In this document: positions 41,045 to 53,891 of the stretch, piece by piece
Layout: every line of letters starts with the position of its first letter
How positions within the stretch are numbered: position 1 is the first letter of the stretch
Assembly (NCBI GenBank): GCA_964016885.1
Contig: OZ024745.1
Coordinates: 52,886,001 to 52,950,000 of the forward strand
Source: Eledone cirrhosa
Taxonomy: Eukaryota
Direction: 5' to 3'
DNA: 64,000 bases
The notes under the pieces: generated by a model
Told to the model about the DNA's origin: nothing
Database searches by the model: none
The model's input: only the letters and a program-made list of their open reading frames with translations
Program-made: the position numbers and the translations under genes

Positions 41045-43376
41045 TTGCGCGTTTGTGTATGTGTGCGTTTGTGTATGTGTGCGTCTGGAAGACCTGACTA
41101 CTCTCCACTGTCAATTTTTTTATTGATATGTTAATATAGCAGTTTGTTTTCAAAAATAACCTCCTAAAGCACTCCATGTTTCCAGCGTTTCCAGGCCCTC
41201 ACTGCCTCATCATCAGATGGAATGATCGTAGCATTCATTATATGCGTACGAATTCAAGCAATTTTGTTCTTAAATTTACCATCCATCACAATCCATATGG
41301 GAACCTATATCTCGTTGTAAACATCAGGATTGAAAAAGAAAAAAAGTAACAATGTATTGAGCATCTGTGTATACAACGCAATCAAGTGTATATGCTTACA
41401 TAGAGGCAGCACATTTCCACGCCCCTTTCAGTATTAATTTATATTTGAATTATCTTCTTCAAATGAATCACTTTATAATGAAAATCTTGAAATTAAGCAA
41501 TTATTAAAAGTTAATCTATATTCAAATAGATTAGTAGATCAAGGTATATAGGCAAACATATAATACTTCATATACTTCAAGCCACGTAGCTATTAACTCA
41601 TACACGAACTGTAATTAAAGTATATTACATGAATAAAATGCATACAATATACAGGAGAGAATAATACATAATTTAAACCACATAAATCTATACCGAGAAT
41701 GCATTAGCAATAAAATTATTCTAGAAAAGCTCGTCAATCAAAGCCTTCCTTATTAACAACAAACCCTAATCATTCAAACGCGTGAACAATCCACAAATGA
41801 GAATTTAAAAATGTATTTAACCAATTGTTAAATTGGCCAGATAAATACCACACGTGCTAGAGGTCTCGACAACAAGGACCAATTGAAATACGCTACACTA
41901 ACCACCAAAAACCAAAAGTTGATGGGGCTACAATAACGGCCAATACGTATGTGTTGTATAAAATCACAGAAAAACACACGCGCATGCTTATGGAATTAAT
42001 ACTTATATCGCAATATGGCACATAGATCAGTATCCAGCATAGTGTCAGTCACATGAGCAGAAGACAAACGACATGAGCACGTAATTTGTCACGATAATTT
42101 TCTTTAGTTAAGGCAGGCATTCTGTTTACTTGCAGATTTGACATCACTCTTGTATAATCGAAATGTCATATGAATTGTGTCCAAAACTCTCCAACGATGC
42201 AAACCCCACTTAGACAATGTCTGAAACAAATCTGTTTTCCATCGGTGCAGAATCGACAATAGCTTTAGAAGTCGTTACATACATATTAAAACTGTTTTCA
42301 ATCAGATACCTAAACATATTCGAAACAATCTGAATACATGCCACAGAAACACAAAAATTGATCTCTGATAATATAACACTGACCGGCAAATCAGAGCTAA
42401 AAAGAAAACAGCAACATCCAAAGACAATTTCATCCACCACAGGAATTCAAATCAGGATGAGAATCGCATACGAAACGGTAGAATTGCAAAGTTGACAAAC
42501 GTTATAACATATTCTGAAATCTATCTCCTGAAATACAGTGTTGACCTGCAGTGGGAGTACTAAATAGCAACAAATTCTCAGTCGGCTGAAATACAAAATC
42601 GTAATTTGAAAAGTTCTGATTGATAAAACTGACATCTTGGGAAACTGACTCACGGTTTTATGAATATGTTCAACTCGATGAAGCTCATAACTCATCAGAT
42701 GTTCCTAATCTTTTGTCAGATATATCACACTTCCTTAAGAAAAGCATGAACAGAAAAAGAAATTAAATATTGGTAAAAGCATAGAGGTTGATCAAATTCA
42801 TTCTAGATTTGCAAAAGTTAGCATTAGACTAACAGAATAATTAGTTACTACACTATTTAACCTGATTCTATTAACTAGAAGTTGCAGCCCGATTTTCAAC
42901 CTAATTTGAATAACTCTACTAATGCACTCATGTGATTTTAAGCAGCCACCGTTATATTAGGATTAAGATAATTATATTTTTAATAAATATATAATATATT
43001 ATGCATGACGTATTTTTTGGATTAATGGTGATGTTTCGATAATTGGGAATGGAAAACATTTAACCAATAAACAGCCGCGATTTCAATACAAGATCGCCTC
43101 ACTAAACTATATTTTCTTTATGTAAACATGCCATTTCCGACTGTTCTTCGCCGTTCAAGGTCACAGAATAAGGTGATTTTGTTCATTTTTCTATTGAGAA
43201 GAGGTTATTGTAGTTTATTGTTGGCAGCATGCAGACATCCTTCATACGAGGAGAAGAAACATTTGTCACTTGTTGCGGTTTTTTCTGATGCTGTTAAGTT
43301 TGGCATATGTCCTATTGGGTGGGGTAGTTGTCATAGGATTGGAAACAGTAGTGCAGAGAGTGATATTTATCTATTC

Positions 43377-43567
43377 CTCCAGTAAGGCGGAACGGCATGA
43401 CGTATATTGCTTTACTACATTTGTAGTTCTACTGTTTTCTCCAGTAAGGCGGAACGGCATGACGTATATTGCTTTACTACATTTGTAGTTCTACTGTTTT
43501 CTCCAGTAAGGCGGAACGGCATGACGTGTATTGCTTTACTACATTTGTAGTTCTACTGTTTTCTCCA
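43377..43567 (+). repeat. 62-bp tandem repeat, 3 near-identical copies
   Basis: ctccagtaaggcggaacggcatgacgtatattgctttactacatttgtagttctactgtttt at 43377, 43439 and 43501, with one substitution. Confidence 0.95.
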
Positions 43568-46484
43568 CAAACCTCAAAGCGAAATTGTTCATGTATACTG
43601 GATTTATTATCATTTGCGATCATCCTCTGAACTTCAAGGAACACTACTGTTTTCTTTCAATTTGGTAGTGGAATAATTCAATTCCATCAGCATTGCTATT
43701 ATTCTGGCCTGATCCTTTGCAAATATTCGGTGGGGATCCGGAATTTGGTCAAATGGCGTCAGTTGTAGATAGATAATTGCATACTCCAGGGGCACTTATT
43801 TATTTTTTTAAGCCTATTAGCTTACCACTCACATCTATACATGGACCCTGTCTTGTTTTCTACAATTATAAACGAATGTTTAGTATCACACCTCCTCAAA
43901 CCATGTTTTAACTTTCACTTAGAATAGGGCATTGCAGTCGTCACTCTCTCTTATTTAGACTTTAGCCGAGAATGATTTTTTGGGGTACCTTTAGTCTCTC
44001 TAGTGGAGATTGTATTTTCATATTTCACTCGCTCCCGTCTCCTGTCCATTTGTTGTGCTGTCAAGTCAATAGAAATGCAAAAATGAATATTTTTAGTTGG
44101 GTATTTTATCATAACTACGAATCACATTTGCGTTTCTGTTGTTTCTAATTATATATGGTGTTGTTATTATCATTAGCATTGCTATAAATATTGTTTTCAG
44201 CATGTTGTATTATAATCGATAGCTTCTCTTGGACTTTTCATTCCTTGAATTACCTTGTTTGCATGGAAATAGATGCCCTAGCCGGAGATACTAGAAATTA
44301 TTTCTCTCTCGTCCTTATTCACCTTGCTTCTGGTATTTTTCCTTTCAACGTTGGGGCTTTTTTGCATGTCAAATATTAAATATGTTCCACACGTACCCAT
44401 GTTTTCATTTCGCTATGAAAAATATTTCTTTCAAAATACAAATATGTCTCGACAACAAGGAGAATCTAATACAACAGAACTTTCCACTAAAATGTAAATG
44501 GTATGTTGCCTCAGGGAGCGTCAATAACTGTTAGTAGCAACACAATTAGTTTCGAGAATATTTAGACAACAAATGAGCTAGCAATTTCGTGCATAGTCAA
44601 CGACAAAAATAAAATATTCCAGTTTTTAGTAAGACTGACTCCTGCTTAATATTTAAAAGAAATATGAGGAATTAGGGGGGGGGGGGGGGGGGGCATTGCT
44701 GAAAATGTTCGATTATTCCTTTCAGGCCTTTCTTATGATCACGCAACTCTGGAATAGCATAATGACCAACATATTTCACATATAGACCCACCGGACAACA
44801 AGTTAGGGATAACTTCCGTTTCCAAAGCCTGTCCAGAATATCCCACATAATTGTCGACACACCAATTGAAGAACAAGAGAATCAATTTGAATGGTGATAT
44901 CTGCTACTGTTTATTTTTTTTTATTCATATCTTTATAGTTTTCAAGAATAGGTAAAAGGCAGAAATAAACACAGTTCAATATTTATATGCTGTTAGATAA
45001 TAAGCCAAATGACCAGTCCGTTCGGCTCATCAAACAAAATGCTTTCTAAGCTGTTCAACATCTAATGTCAATCAGGAAACATATTGTTTAAACCACGGTC
45101 AAACATATTATTACGGATACTACTCCTGATAAATTATCACGGAATATGATTGATCTGATTATTGATTTATAGATTATTTTTAGAAACCAGTTGTAATTGT
45201 ATTATCACATTAAATTCTGTGCATTTCTACTATCTCTCCAAATATGACCACACGAACGCAGCCACCGCCCGCAACTGTAACATCTAAGCACAAAACATTT
45301 AGATACAACTCTTTGTGTTCCATTTGCTTGTTTCTTTCAATCATTGAACACTGTAATGTCTACCGTATGATTTAGAATTTGCTGATGGTAGGCAGTTCAT
45401 TTTTTTTTTTATGTGCATTATTTTTTATAATGATTACTGTGCAAAACAAAAAAAAATGTTTCTCAATTTATGTTATATTTTACGTTCATAATTATATTTT
45501 TTGTAAATTAGTTCTACGTGAACCAGCTCACTTCAATATGTCATGTGCTAAGTGATCTAAATTTGTTTTCTCTTTTAAATCGCATGACTATAATTCAGAT
45601 ATTTTAGCAAAAAACCAATCGCTCTTCACTTTTTAAAAGAATAAGGTTAATGGACATCGACCACCGATTTTAACTTGTTTTACATGTGTTAATATTAACG
45701 CTGCAATATTGTGTTCTAGTTAGTGGTGTAGGTTAAGATTACCTTCACCTCCTTTACTTATATGTTAGCTATTCTAGACATATCAACTCGGGTTTTCCGT
45801 TTCTCAGAGGTACTGAAACGAAATTGAAATTATGCAATTTGTCCCACTGTCTCTCTATTAGATGGTAGACTTTAGAAATGCTTAGATGCAGATTCCTGCA
45901 GTTGGAGCATCAAGCGACTTATTTTTTCGATATCTTGTCCACAGAAGTGAAACACATATATAATGATTAACATCCAAAGACCCTTGCAAAATATTTACAA
46001 TTAGAGCAGGAAACCTATCTTGGCTTCTCGTTTTAAAAATGAAATTATTCTATAATGAGTTAGTTTAATGATTCAAAATTTAATTTCTAATCTGTATATT
46101 GTTAGTTTTAAAGTTCCAACTGTTTTTAGAATCGATCCTGATAAGACGAATATGAATGTTCGTCTCGTTTATGTGTGAGTGTTTGAGATTGTGTGTATGT
46201 GCGTGCGTGTGACTTTCAAGAAAATTACCAATAATTTCTTATTATTCAAAATATCTTTCTATGATCGTTTCAATCTATGAGGATAAGTTTAAAATTAATT
46301 ACTAATCAAATGATTAATTAATTTTGCGATAATCATAAAGACTACTCATCAATTATTCCTCTTTCTTTAATGCGGAATTTGCACAGGTAATTATTATCAG
46401 TGTGTTTCTTTCCAGTATTTATCTTTTTAAAGATGACCTTCTCCTTCTTTACGTAGATCTAGAAACATTTGTGCTCTATACATA

Positions 46485-46735
46485 TATTCATCTTGTGCCA
46501 TCACAGTTTCAGTGTTTGACGAACCATCACGTTCCACACTGTTCGATCTGGGACGAGATCTCATACTTATGCGGCATTGATGTTCAAATTGTCAAAAAAG
46601 GATCTCTTTGGCGATATCTCGCACGCTTCCCAGTTATTTTACTGGTAATGGAATGCTTTTCCAGCATGCCTTTCCTGTTGGCATGTCTTCGGAACATTAG
46701 TTTATACATATCCCATCGGTTTAATACACGCAGGC
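46485..46735 (-). mobile_element. 3' end fragment of an RTE (BovB-like) LINE
   Basis: [33 protein letters not shown] then DRTVWNVMV resembles the RTE C-terminus (L.F.GH..R...LE....G...GKR.RGR.R / DR..WR.M). Confidence 0.7.
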
Positions 46736-46771
<36 letters not shown>

Positions 46772-46853
46772 GTATATATATATACGTGTGTGTGGGGGTG
46801 GGTGGAGGGTGTATATAATATATATATATATATATATACATACATATATACAT

Positions 46854-46900
<47 letters not shown>

Positions 46901-47388
46901 TACACATACACACACACATATATATGTGTGTGTGTCTGTGTTTGTGTGTGCGCGTATGTGTGTATCAAAGTGAGTGTCTGAAAATCTTAAAATATAGAAA
47001 AATGAATATGTTTTTGTTTATGCGGAATTCTATATAATCGATTTTTGAGAAAATCGTGGGTGAAAACAATTTATGTAAAAAAAGAAAACACCTCATGTTC
47101 GACGGATTCTGGCAAATATGTCTTCTATGAAATAGCATCTGGAGGAAACATTATAGAAGAATTGTCCTCTAAATTTTATTATTGCTATTCTGTTTAAATC
47201 GAGCAACCATTTTGTTTTTCCATAATTATATGTGAGCTGGACAATGTCCAGATGCTTCCAATAATAATAAAAAAAAACATAGTATATGCAATATGTCGTA
47301 ATGTATGAAATTATCTTTAATCTTATCTCTGCTTGTACGTTGTCATAGGGCTTTATATATAATGTATAAAAACATACACATACATATA

Positions 47389-47422
<34 letters not shown>

Positions 47423-47589
47423 ATAAATATATGTATATAAATATACATGTATATATATATAAAAATATATATATATATATATACATATATATATACATAT
47501 ATATACATATATATATACATATATGTATATATATATATATATGTATGTATATATTTATATATATATATAATGTTCAACAACCAGAATAA

Positions 47590-48500
47590 GAAAAACAAAC
47601 AAAAAATGTATTCAATTTGATATTGCCAGCTACTATTCTTCTATTTCGCCTTCACTTCTCAACAATGCTTTTAAATATTCTGACATCACCACAGATGAAC
47701 TTCACATCATTCTCACCGCAAGAAAAACCATCTTAGAATTCAACAATGAACACTGGACTAGAGCTGATACCTCCATCAACTTTGATATCACAATGGGTCC
47801 TTCCGATTCATCGCAATTGACTGATTTGATTGGTAGTTTTATTTTGAATGCTTTAAATCGGAAAATTCCTCAACTTCGTGGTGGAATTTATCGTGACGAT
47901 GGAGTTTTCACTATCTTAAATTGCAATTTAGTTAACCTTAATATTATTAAGAACAATATACGTGATCTCCTTAAGCAACATAACTTTAAAATCGAATTTG
48001 ATACCAACGTCAAACTAGCTAACTTCTTGGATATATCCCTTAATCTGACACTGGCCTATATTACCCTTACCATAAAAACAATGAGAATCTAAATTATGTT
48101 AATTTTAAATCTAACCGCCCCACTAACATTAAAAATGCTATAGTTAGTAATATTGGAAAAAGAATATCAAACATATCCTCTAATAAAAATATAATAGATG
48201 CTAACGCCAATTACTATAATAATGCGCTTTCTAAAGCCGGTTATCCTGATAAAATTAAATACAGTAAAGAAACCAATCCTAGAAGGTCTTACAGTAAAAT
48301 AATTAATTATGAACATTCCAATAACTTAAATAAAAGACCTAGATACAAAAATATAATCTGGTATAATGCTCCTTTCTCTATTTCTATTAATAATAATATT
48401 CCTAAACTATTCTTTAGGGCCTTGGATAAATGCTTCCCTCCCTCACATATCTATAGTAACATATTTAACAAACATACAATAAAATATATATACAACAAAT
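47590..48500 (+). mobile_element. Penelope-like element RT fragment, frameshifted, GIY-YIG domain absent
   Basis: [40 protein letters not shown], then after a frameshift YVNFKSNRP..RISNISSN..YNNALSKAGY..NIIWYNAPFS..FP..HIYSNIFNKHTIK. This is typical PLE RT and thumb sequence. Starts next to (TA)n. Confidence 0.85.
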
Positions 48501-49124
48501 GTTCACGGTACAATCAGAAGAAAACCTAATTTGGGTGAAATTTTGGCCGCTTACACAAACTGGTGACACTTATTTGGATGTTTCATATAGTGACGTTGCA
48601 ATTAAATGTTCTAGGGGGATGGACATCTTAACCGTTCTTTGGACGAGTTTTATACAAAGATGCGAATTTATTCGGTACTTTAATACATTATCCTCATGAG
48701 AGTGATAATATAGTTAAAGAGAAATATACAAGGAGCCCATATTAACTTCCAACATGATGAGAACTTATTCAACATAAGACGTCTTGAGCTACCACTATGT
48801 TTATATCTGAAGAGATGATTAATTTACATAATCTAATGATCGTGTTATAGTGTATCACAATGCTGAAGATTTCAAGCTAACGGCACGGGAGACGATATGA
48901 TTCATGATGGAATTAATCTGCGAATTGAAACTTGTGGTGGAAAAGCCCGTCGCTTAGGTATACTTTATAGTGTAGGAAGCCAGATGGTTGGATATGGAGT
49001 ACTAAGTTAAATAAAGATATAAAGGATCGATCGACTTTCGTCAAATCGGACCGAGGAAACAATGTTTTCGTCGGTCTTTCCAGTTGCTAATACTATCTAT
49101 CGGTCGCAACTCCAGGTAGAAGGT

Positions 49125-49240
49125 CCAACGTGAAATAAAGTGTCTTGCTCAAGGACATAACGCATTACTCGTTCCAGGAATCGAACTCACAACCTCAAGA
49201 TTGCGAATTCAATTCTCTAAACACTCAGCCACACACCTTC
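49125..49240 (-). mobile_element. SINE 5' head fragment (tRNA-like)
   Basis: Minus strand has A-box-like TGGCTGAGTGTT and B-box GAGTTCGATTCC, followed by tgtccttgagcaagacacttta. Confidence 0.75.
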
Positions 49241-49688
49241 ACAAATAAAGGCATTAATAATCTTAAATTTCATATATATATGAGTGGCAGCAGCAAGGCT
49301 AACCATATGTTTATTGTATATAAACGTATAACATATGTTTCAAATATGTTCTCATATATACAATGCTTAAATGGGCTACCGTCAATTAAATATAACTAGA
49401 CAAAATCGCATGCCATGCAAATTATCATCAAGCAAAATTTTATATAGACTCTACTATATTTCATGCCAGTACTGTGTGCTATCGATTCAAATTTACGGCG
49501 TAGGTCAACTGTCCACCTATATATATATATATGTATATATATTTTGAGTATATGTTGGTTGTATACCAACACCAAAGTATGCAGTGTGGAGCACTCGACG
49601 CAGTGCGCAGGTTGGTTTGGTTACTCCGGAGTAATGTAAAATAAAGTTAAATAAAAAGTCAAATGTTTAAAATTTAGCTTCGTTTATT

Positions 49689-49743
49689 ACTGCTATATAT
49701 ATTTCAGTGACAGCCATCTTTGGCTGTGACCTCTTCAGGCAGT
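49689..49743 (-). ncRNA. Type I hammerhead ribozyme followed by AATAAA
   Basis: Minus strand: actgc-CTGAAGA-ggt.c.acagcca(aaga)tggctgt.c.act-GAAA-tatata-TA-gcagt-AATAAA. Confidence 0.8.
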
Positions 49744-49902
49744 CCGAATTAGTGTGGTATAGACAAGTACATATGTTGTTGAGGTGTATAATTTTGTCAA
49801 TACTCTGATATGCCCAGTTCCTGTTTGGGTTGTTATTTCACTGAGGAACTGGAATCATATGAAGTATATATATATATACAAACACACAGATATACATTTG
49901 TT

Positions 49903-49937
<35 letters not shown>

Positions 49938-50008
49938 ATGTGTGTGTGTGTGTGTGTGCGCGTGCGGGTAAGTGTGTATGCGTGTGGGTGGCTGTGTGTG
50001 TGTGTGTG

Positions 50009-50279
50009 TGCAAAAACTAAATAGAAATGAAAACGCAAACAACACAGTATAATGAGCAAATTAGTTTACCGATTGATATACGCGGAAAAGCATCTTAACA
50101 TTTCGGTCACAAGTCTTTCATCAGGGTTTAGTGTGAGAAATAAACCATGAAAGAGAGAGTGAGAAGCGGAAAGTATGGAAAAAATTATTTGAAAAAACAT
50201 CACATATAGTCAGTCAGCCATTCTTATATAGACACACACACACACACACACACACATACACACACACACACACACACAT

Positions 50280-50353
<74 letters not shown>

Positions 50354-50580
50354 GCATCTGCGTCTATATAAGAATGGCTGACTGACTACATGTGATATTT
50401 TTTCAAATAATTTTTTCCATACTTTCTGCTTCTCACTCTCTCTTTCATGGTTTATTTCTCACGCTAAATACTGATGAAAGACTTGTGACCGAAATGTTAA
50501 GATGCTTTTCCGAGTATATCAAACAGTATTTTGCTCATTATACTGTGCTGTTTGCGTTTTCATTCTAATTAGTTTTTGCA
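50009..50580. repeat. ~220-bp inverted repeat around a (CA)n(TA)n(TG)n spacer
   Basis: 50009-50233 and 50362-50580 are reverse complements. Each arm has CTGATGA-aagacttgtgacc-GAAA, a degenerate HHR core. Confidence 0.92.
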
Positions 50581-51865
50581 TACACACAGACACGCACACG
50601 CATACACACATATACACACACGCACGCACACACACACACATATATATATACACACACAAATGTATAATCTGTGTGTATGTGTGTGTGTTTGTTTACGTGC
50701 GTGTGTATTCAAGAGTATGTTTATGCGTTCCTATTTGTATGTATCTTTACAGTGTGACATTCGTGTGTGTCATTGATAAACAAATACAAAGATGCCAAGT
50801 ATATAGTAGCCAAAATCATAAAATCGATTCTTAATTTTTCCAAATGTATTCGTCTAATACATATTATAAACTTCTGGCGTATATAAACATGAATGTGCTT
50901 CATACATTTCTCATTTGGCTTTCGTTAATATTTTCTTTTTTTATTATTAATATTTTTTCGGAGAGTGAGATAGAAACGTGTCCTTTTCCTTAGAGAAATA
51001 ATTTACCCAGCCATAGAAGAGAACAAACTATAATGTGTTGAATGTTACGGTTAGTTATTATACAATATAATGTATGTTCAAACAAGGTATCATTAATGCA
51101 GTGGTTAGACAAGCTAGAATAATTGCAAGATATCTGTCCAATGACACCCTACCGCTTTCATATAAGAAGTCTGCGTTGCACATATCGTCAATGATGTTCA
51201 AAAAGTTTGAATGATGAAGATTCGATTAGATTTGGAAAAATATCTGCTCAATTTTGTTTTGAATTGTTAATATCAACAACGACCCAAGGAATGTATGTAG
51301 TGAAAAATACATTAATTTATTACCAACGGGAGCTGAGCGGAGCTATTTATAACAAGGAGACGAAACATGCATAGTTTATCTTATCGTTAGATTATTTAAA
51401 TGCCATGTACACTATCATACATCTACTTTTGAATATGCAAGAAACGCTTTTAACTGTACATCGATTAATGGCGCTGAAGATGTTGCGCATGACAGATTCC
51501 AGCCCAACTGAAACCATTCTGCATATTACTTAGCAGTTTATTCTTTCTTGGAAAGTTATCAGCTTCTCATAAATAATTTCTCCCATGAACTCGTTGATAT
51601 ATGACGTCAGGTAGACTGGTTGTGTGTGACTTGATATTTGCTCTTCGTCCTTCTTACGTAATAGAGGTCATCACGGTGTCTTAGTCAAGGTGTTCTTGTT
51701 TCATTATCTGCAGGAATTTAGCCCAGCAGTCCTTTCATATCGTTCATATGTCAGGCCATTTTAAAATAATTCACTCAATCTCGTTCATTGTACATATTCC
51801 GTGTGCATCAAATGTTATTCACGTGAAATCCATATGTAATGAGAGAAACCCACACACACACACAG

Positions 51866-51944
<79 letters not shown>

Positions 51945-52183
51945 TATATAATATGTGTGTGTGTGTGTGTGTGTATACATAACTTTGGATAAACTATAGA
52001 AATATTGATAAAGTTATTTCGATATCGCCATATGGTTGCACAACTTAAAAGCTGCCACTTATATATCTGGTTATGCAACTGAATTAGAGAAATAAAATAG
52101 AAACGGAGATACAGATTGCACACAGTTAACTGCATTGCTTTTGCATTGCATACTCTCACACACAAACAAACATACTTATATAT

Positions 52184-52338
<155 letters not shown>

Positions 52339-52589
52339 TGTGTGTCGGTGTCTTTGTGTGTGTATGAATGTGTGTGATTGTACACATTTTCAAATCTGTC
52401 GGGTTTTGACATTTTTTCTTTATCTAACCACACCTTGCTGCATTGCAATATATTTTTACGAGTGGTGAATATCAATGCAAATGAAATTAAATGAATGATT
52501 TCCATTCCTCCGATATAAATTTCGTCACTCAACATGTTGTGGCTCAAATGCTACCTCATAAATTATGGGCTGCCGTCCGATAGGTTCTT

Positions 52590-53426
52590 TTAAACCTATA
52601 GTTTCAAATTGACCTAGCTGGATTCCAAAACATCCCTAACCTCATTCACCTACTAGCTATCATGACTCTACACGTAGTCACTGCAGGAAAAAAGGCACCC
52701 TGCCATTTGTGCTTAGAGACAAACCATCTGAGAGTTTGTTCCCCTCTAGAGGGAAGGGTAACCACAGGTCCCCTTTGCTACCAACACAGGGATATCAATA
52801 GCCACAACAACAGCTGCGGCACCAACATCTGTAGCAGCAGCAACAACTCCAGAAGCAACATCAACATCAACAACACTAGGAATATCAGTAGCAGATTGAC
52901 CAGGAAATCAGGAAATCCAACAATGCCACCAAGAGCAGTAACAAAGACATTTCTATTTACCAAGGGCAACAAAAAGAATTATAAAAAACCCCCAGGGAGA
53001 CTCCCACATCAGCTCTCTCTCTCCCACTCTTCAATACACACACACACACATACACATACACAGACGCAGACGCAGACACACACACACACACACACACACC
53101 TAACACAGCCATCTGAGCCAAATGACTCAGACATAGACAACATCCCTTCTCGCAGCGAGGAAGATGTGGATACCGAAAAGCCAAAGAAAGAAAAGAGAAA
53201 ACATCATACTCTATTCAACCAGCAAAACACACTCACACCAAACAGAGCTGCAGCTCCAGCTACAACAACTCTAACACTAACATCACTTCCGGCAACACTA
53301 ACACCATTAACTAAACAACTGACAGTAAAACTAATACACACAACTAAAGCAAATGCAGACAGTAATACACATTCAAGAACAATGACACATACACTCATAC
53401 GCACGCACCAAACTTTGTGCTACTGA
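52590..53426 (+). mobile_element. Possible degenerate L1/Tx1-type ORF1 fragment
   Basis: FQNIPNLIHL..LHVVTAGKKAPCHLCLETNHLRVC resembles an ORF1 zinc knuckle context and is followed by low-complexity N/T-rich sequence. The last Cys spacing is off. Confidence 0.4.
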
Positions 53427-53854
53427 AAAGGGCAAATGAAAATCTGATGTCCCCGGTAGCACATAGGGAGATCGAAATGTTTAGTACGTAGAAACAGTGG
53501 TAGAAATGTTTGGTTCAAATACTTTCAAGGTACACCAAACCTTATTAATATCTCTACAGAAATGCAAAAGCATTATGTACTGGAAATCAAACGGATCAAC
53601 ATATTGTTGTTTTTGTTTCAGATCACTCAAAATAGATATTTGTTGCAGATGTCGTGCAAATCAAGTATGTCAATGTGTCCATCAACTTTTAAGACTAAAA
53701 TATAAGAGGTTAGAAATATTTTACTGCTATTTGTTGCATACTTTGCCAGTTGTTTGATACTGAAGTCAGTCACATACTGAGAAAACAAAAACGATTTCTG
53801 ATACAGGTAAAAAATTACAAAGTATAAATCGATTTATTAATTTTATTAATATTA

Positions 53855-53890
<36 letters not shown>

Positions 53891-53891
<1 letters not shown>

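Noticed and set aside
43377-43567. 62-bp repeat as a CRISPR-like array
   Set aside because: Whole units are duplicated with no unique spacers, the context is eukaryotic and there are no cas genes.
42180-44070. Possible CR1/L2 3' relics (NQIPKHIRN at ~42300 on +, ERLKV and IPDP at ~43730-44010 on -)
   Set aside because: Only a few short words match across frameshifts and boundaries cannot be set. RepeatMasker would decide.
49160-49240. tRNA gene
   Set aside because: A and B boxes are present, but it continues into SINE body sequence and has no intact cloverleaf. Treated as a SINE head.
53444-53485. ctgatg-tcccc...ggga-gatc-GAAA HHR-like string
   Set aside because: Core A9 is missing and there is no convincing stem I or III.
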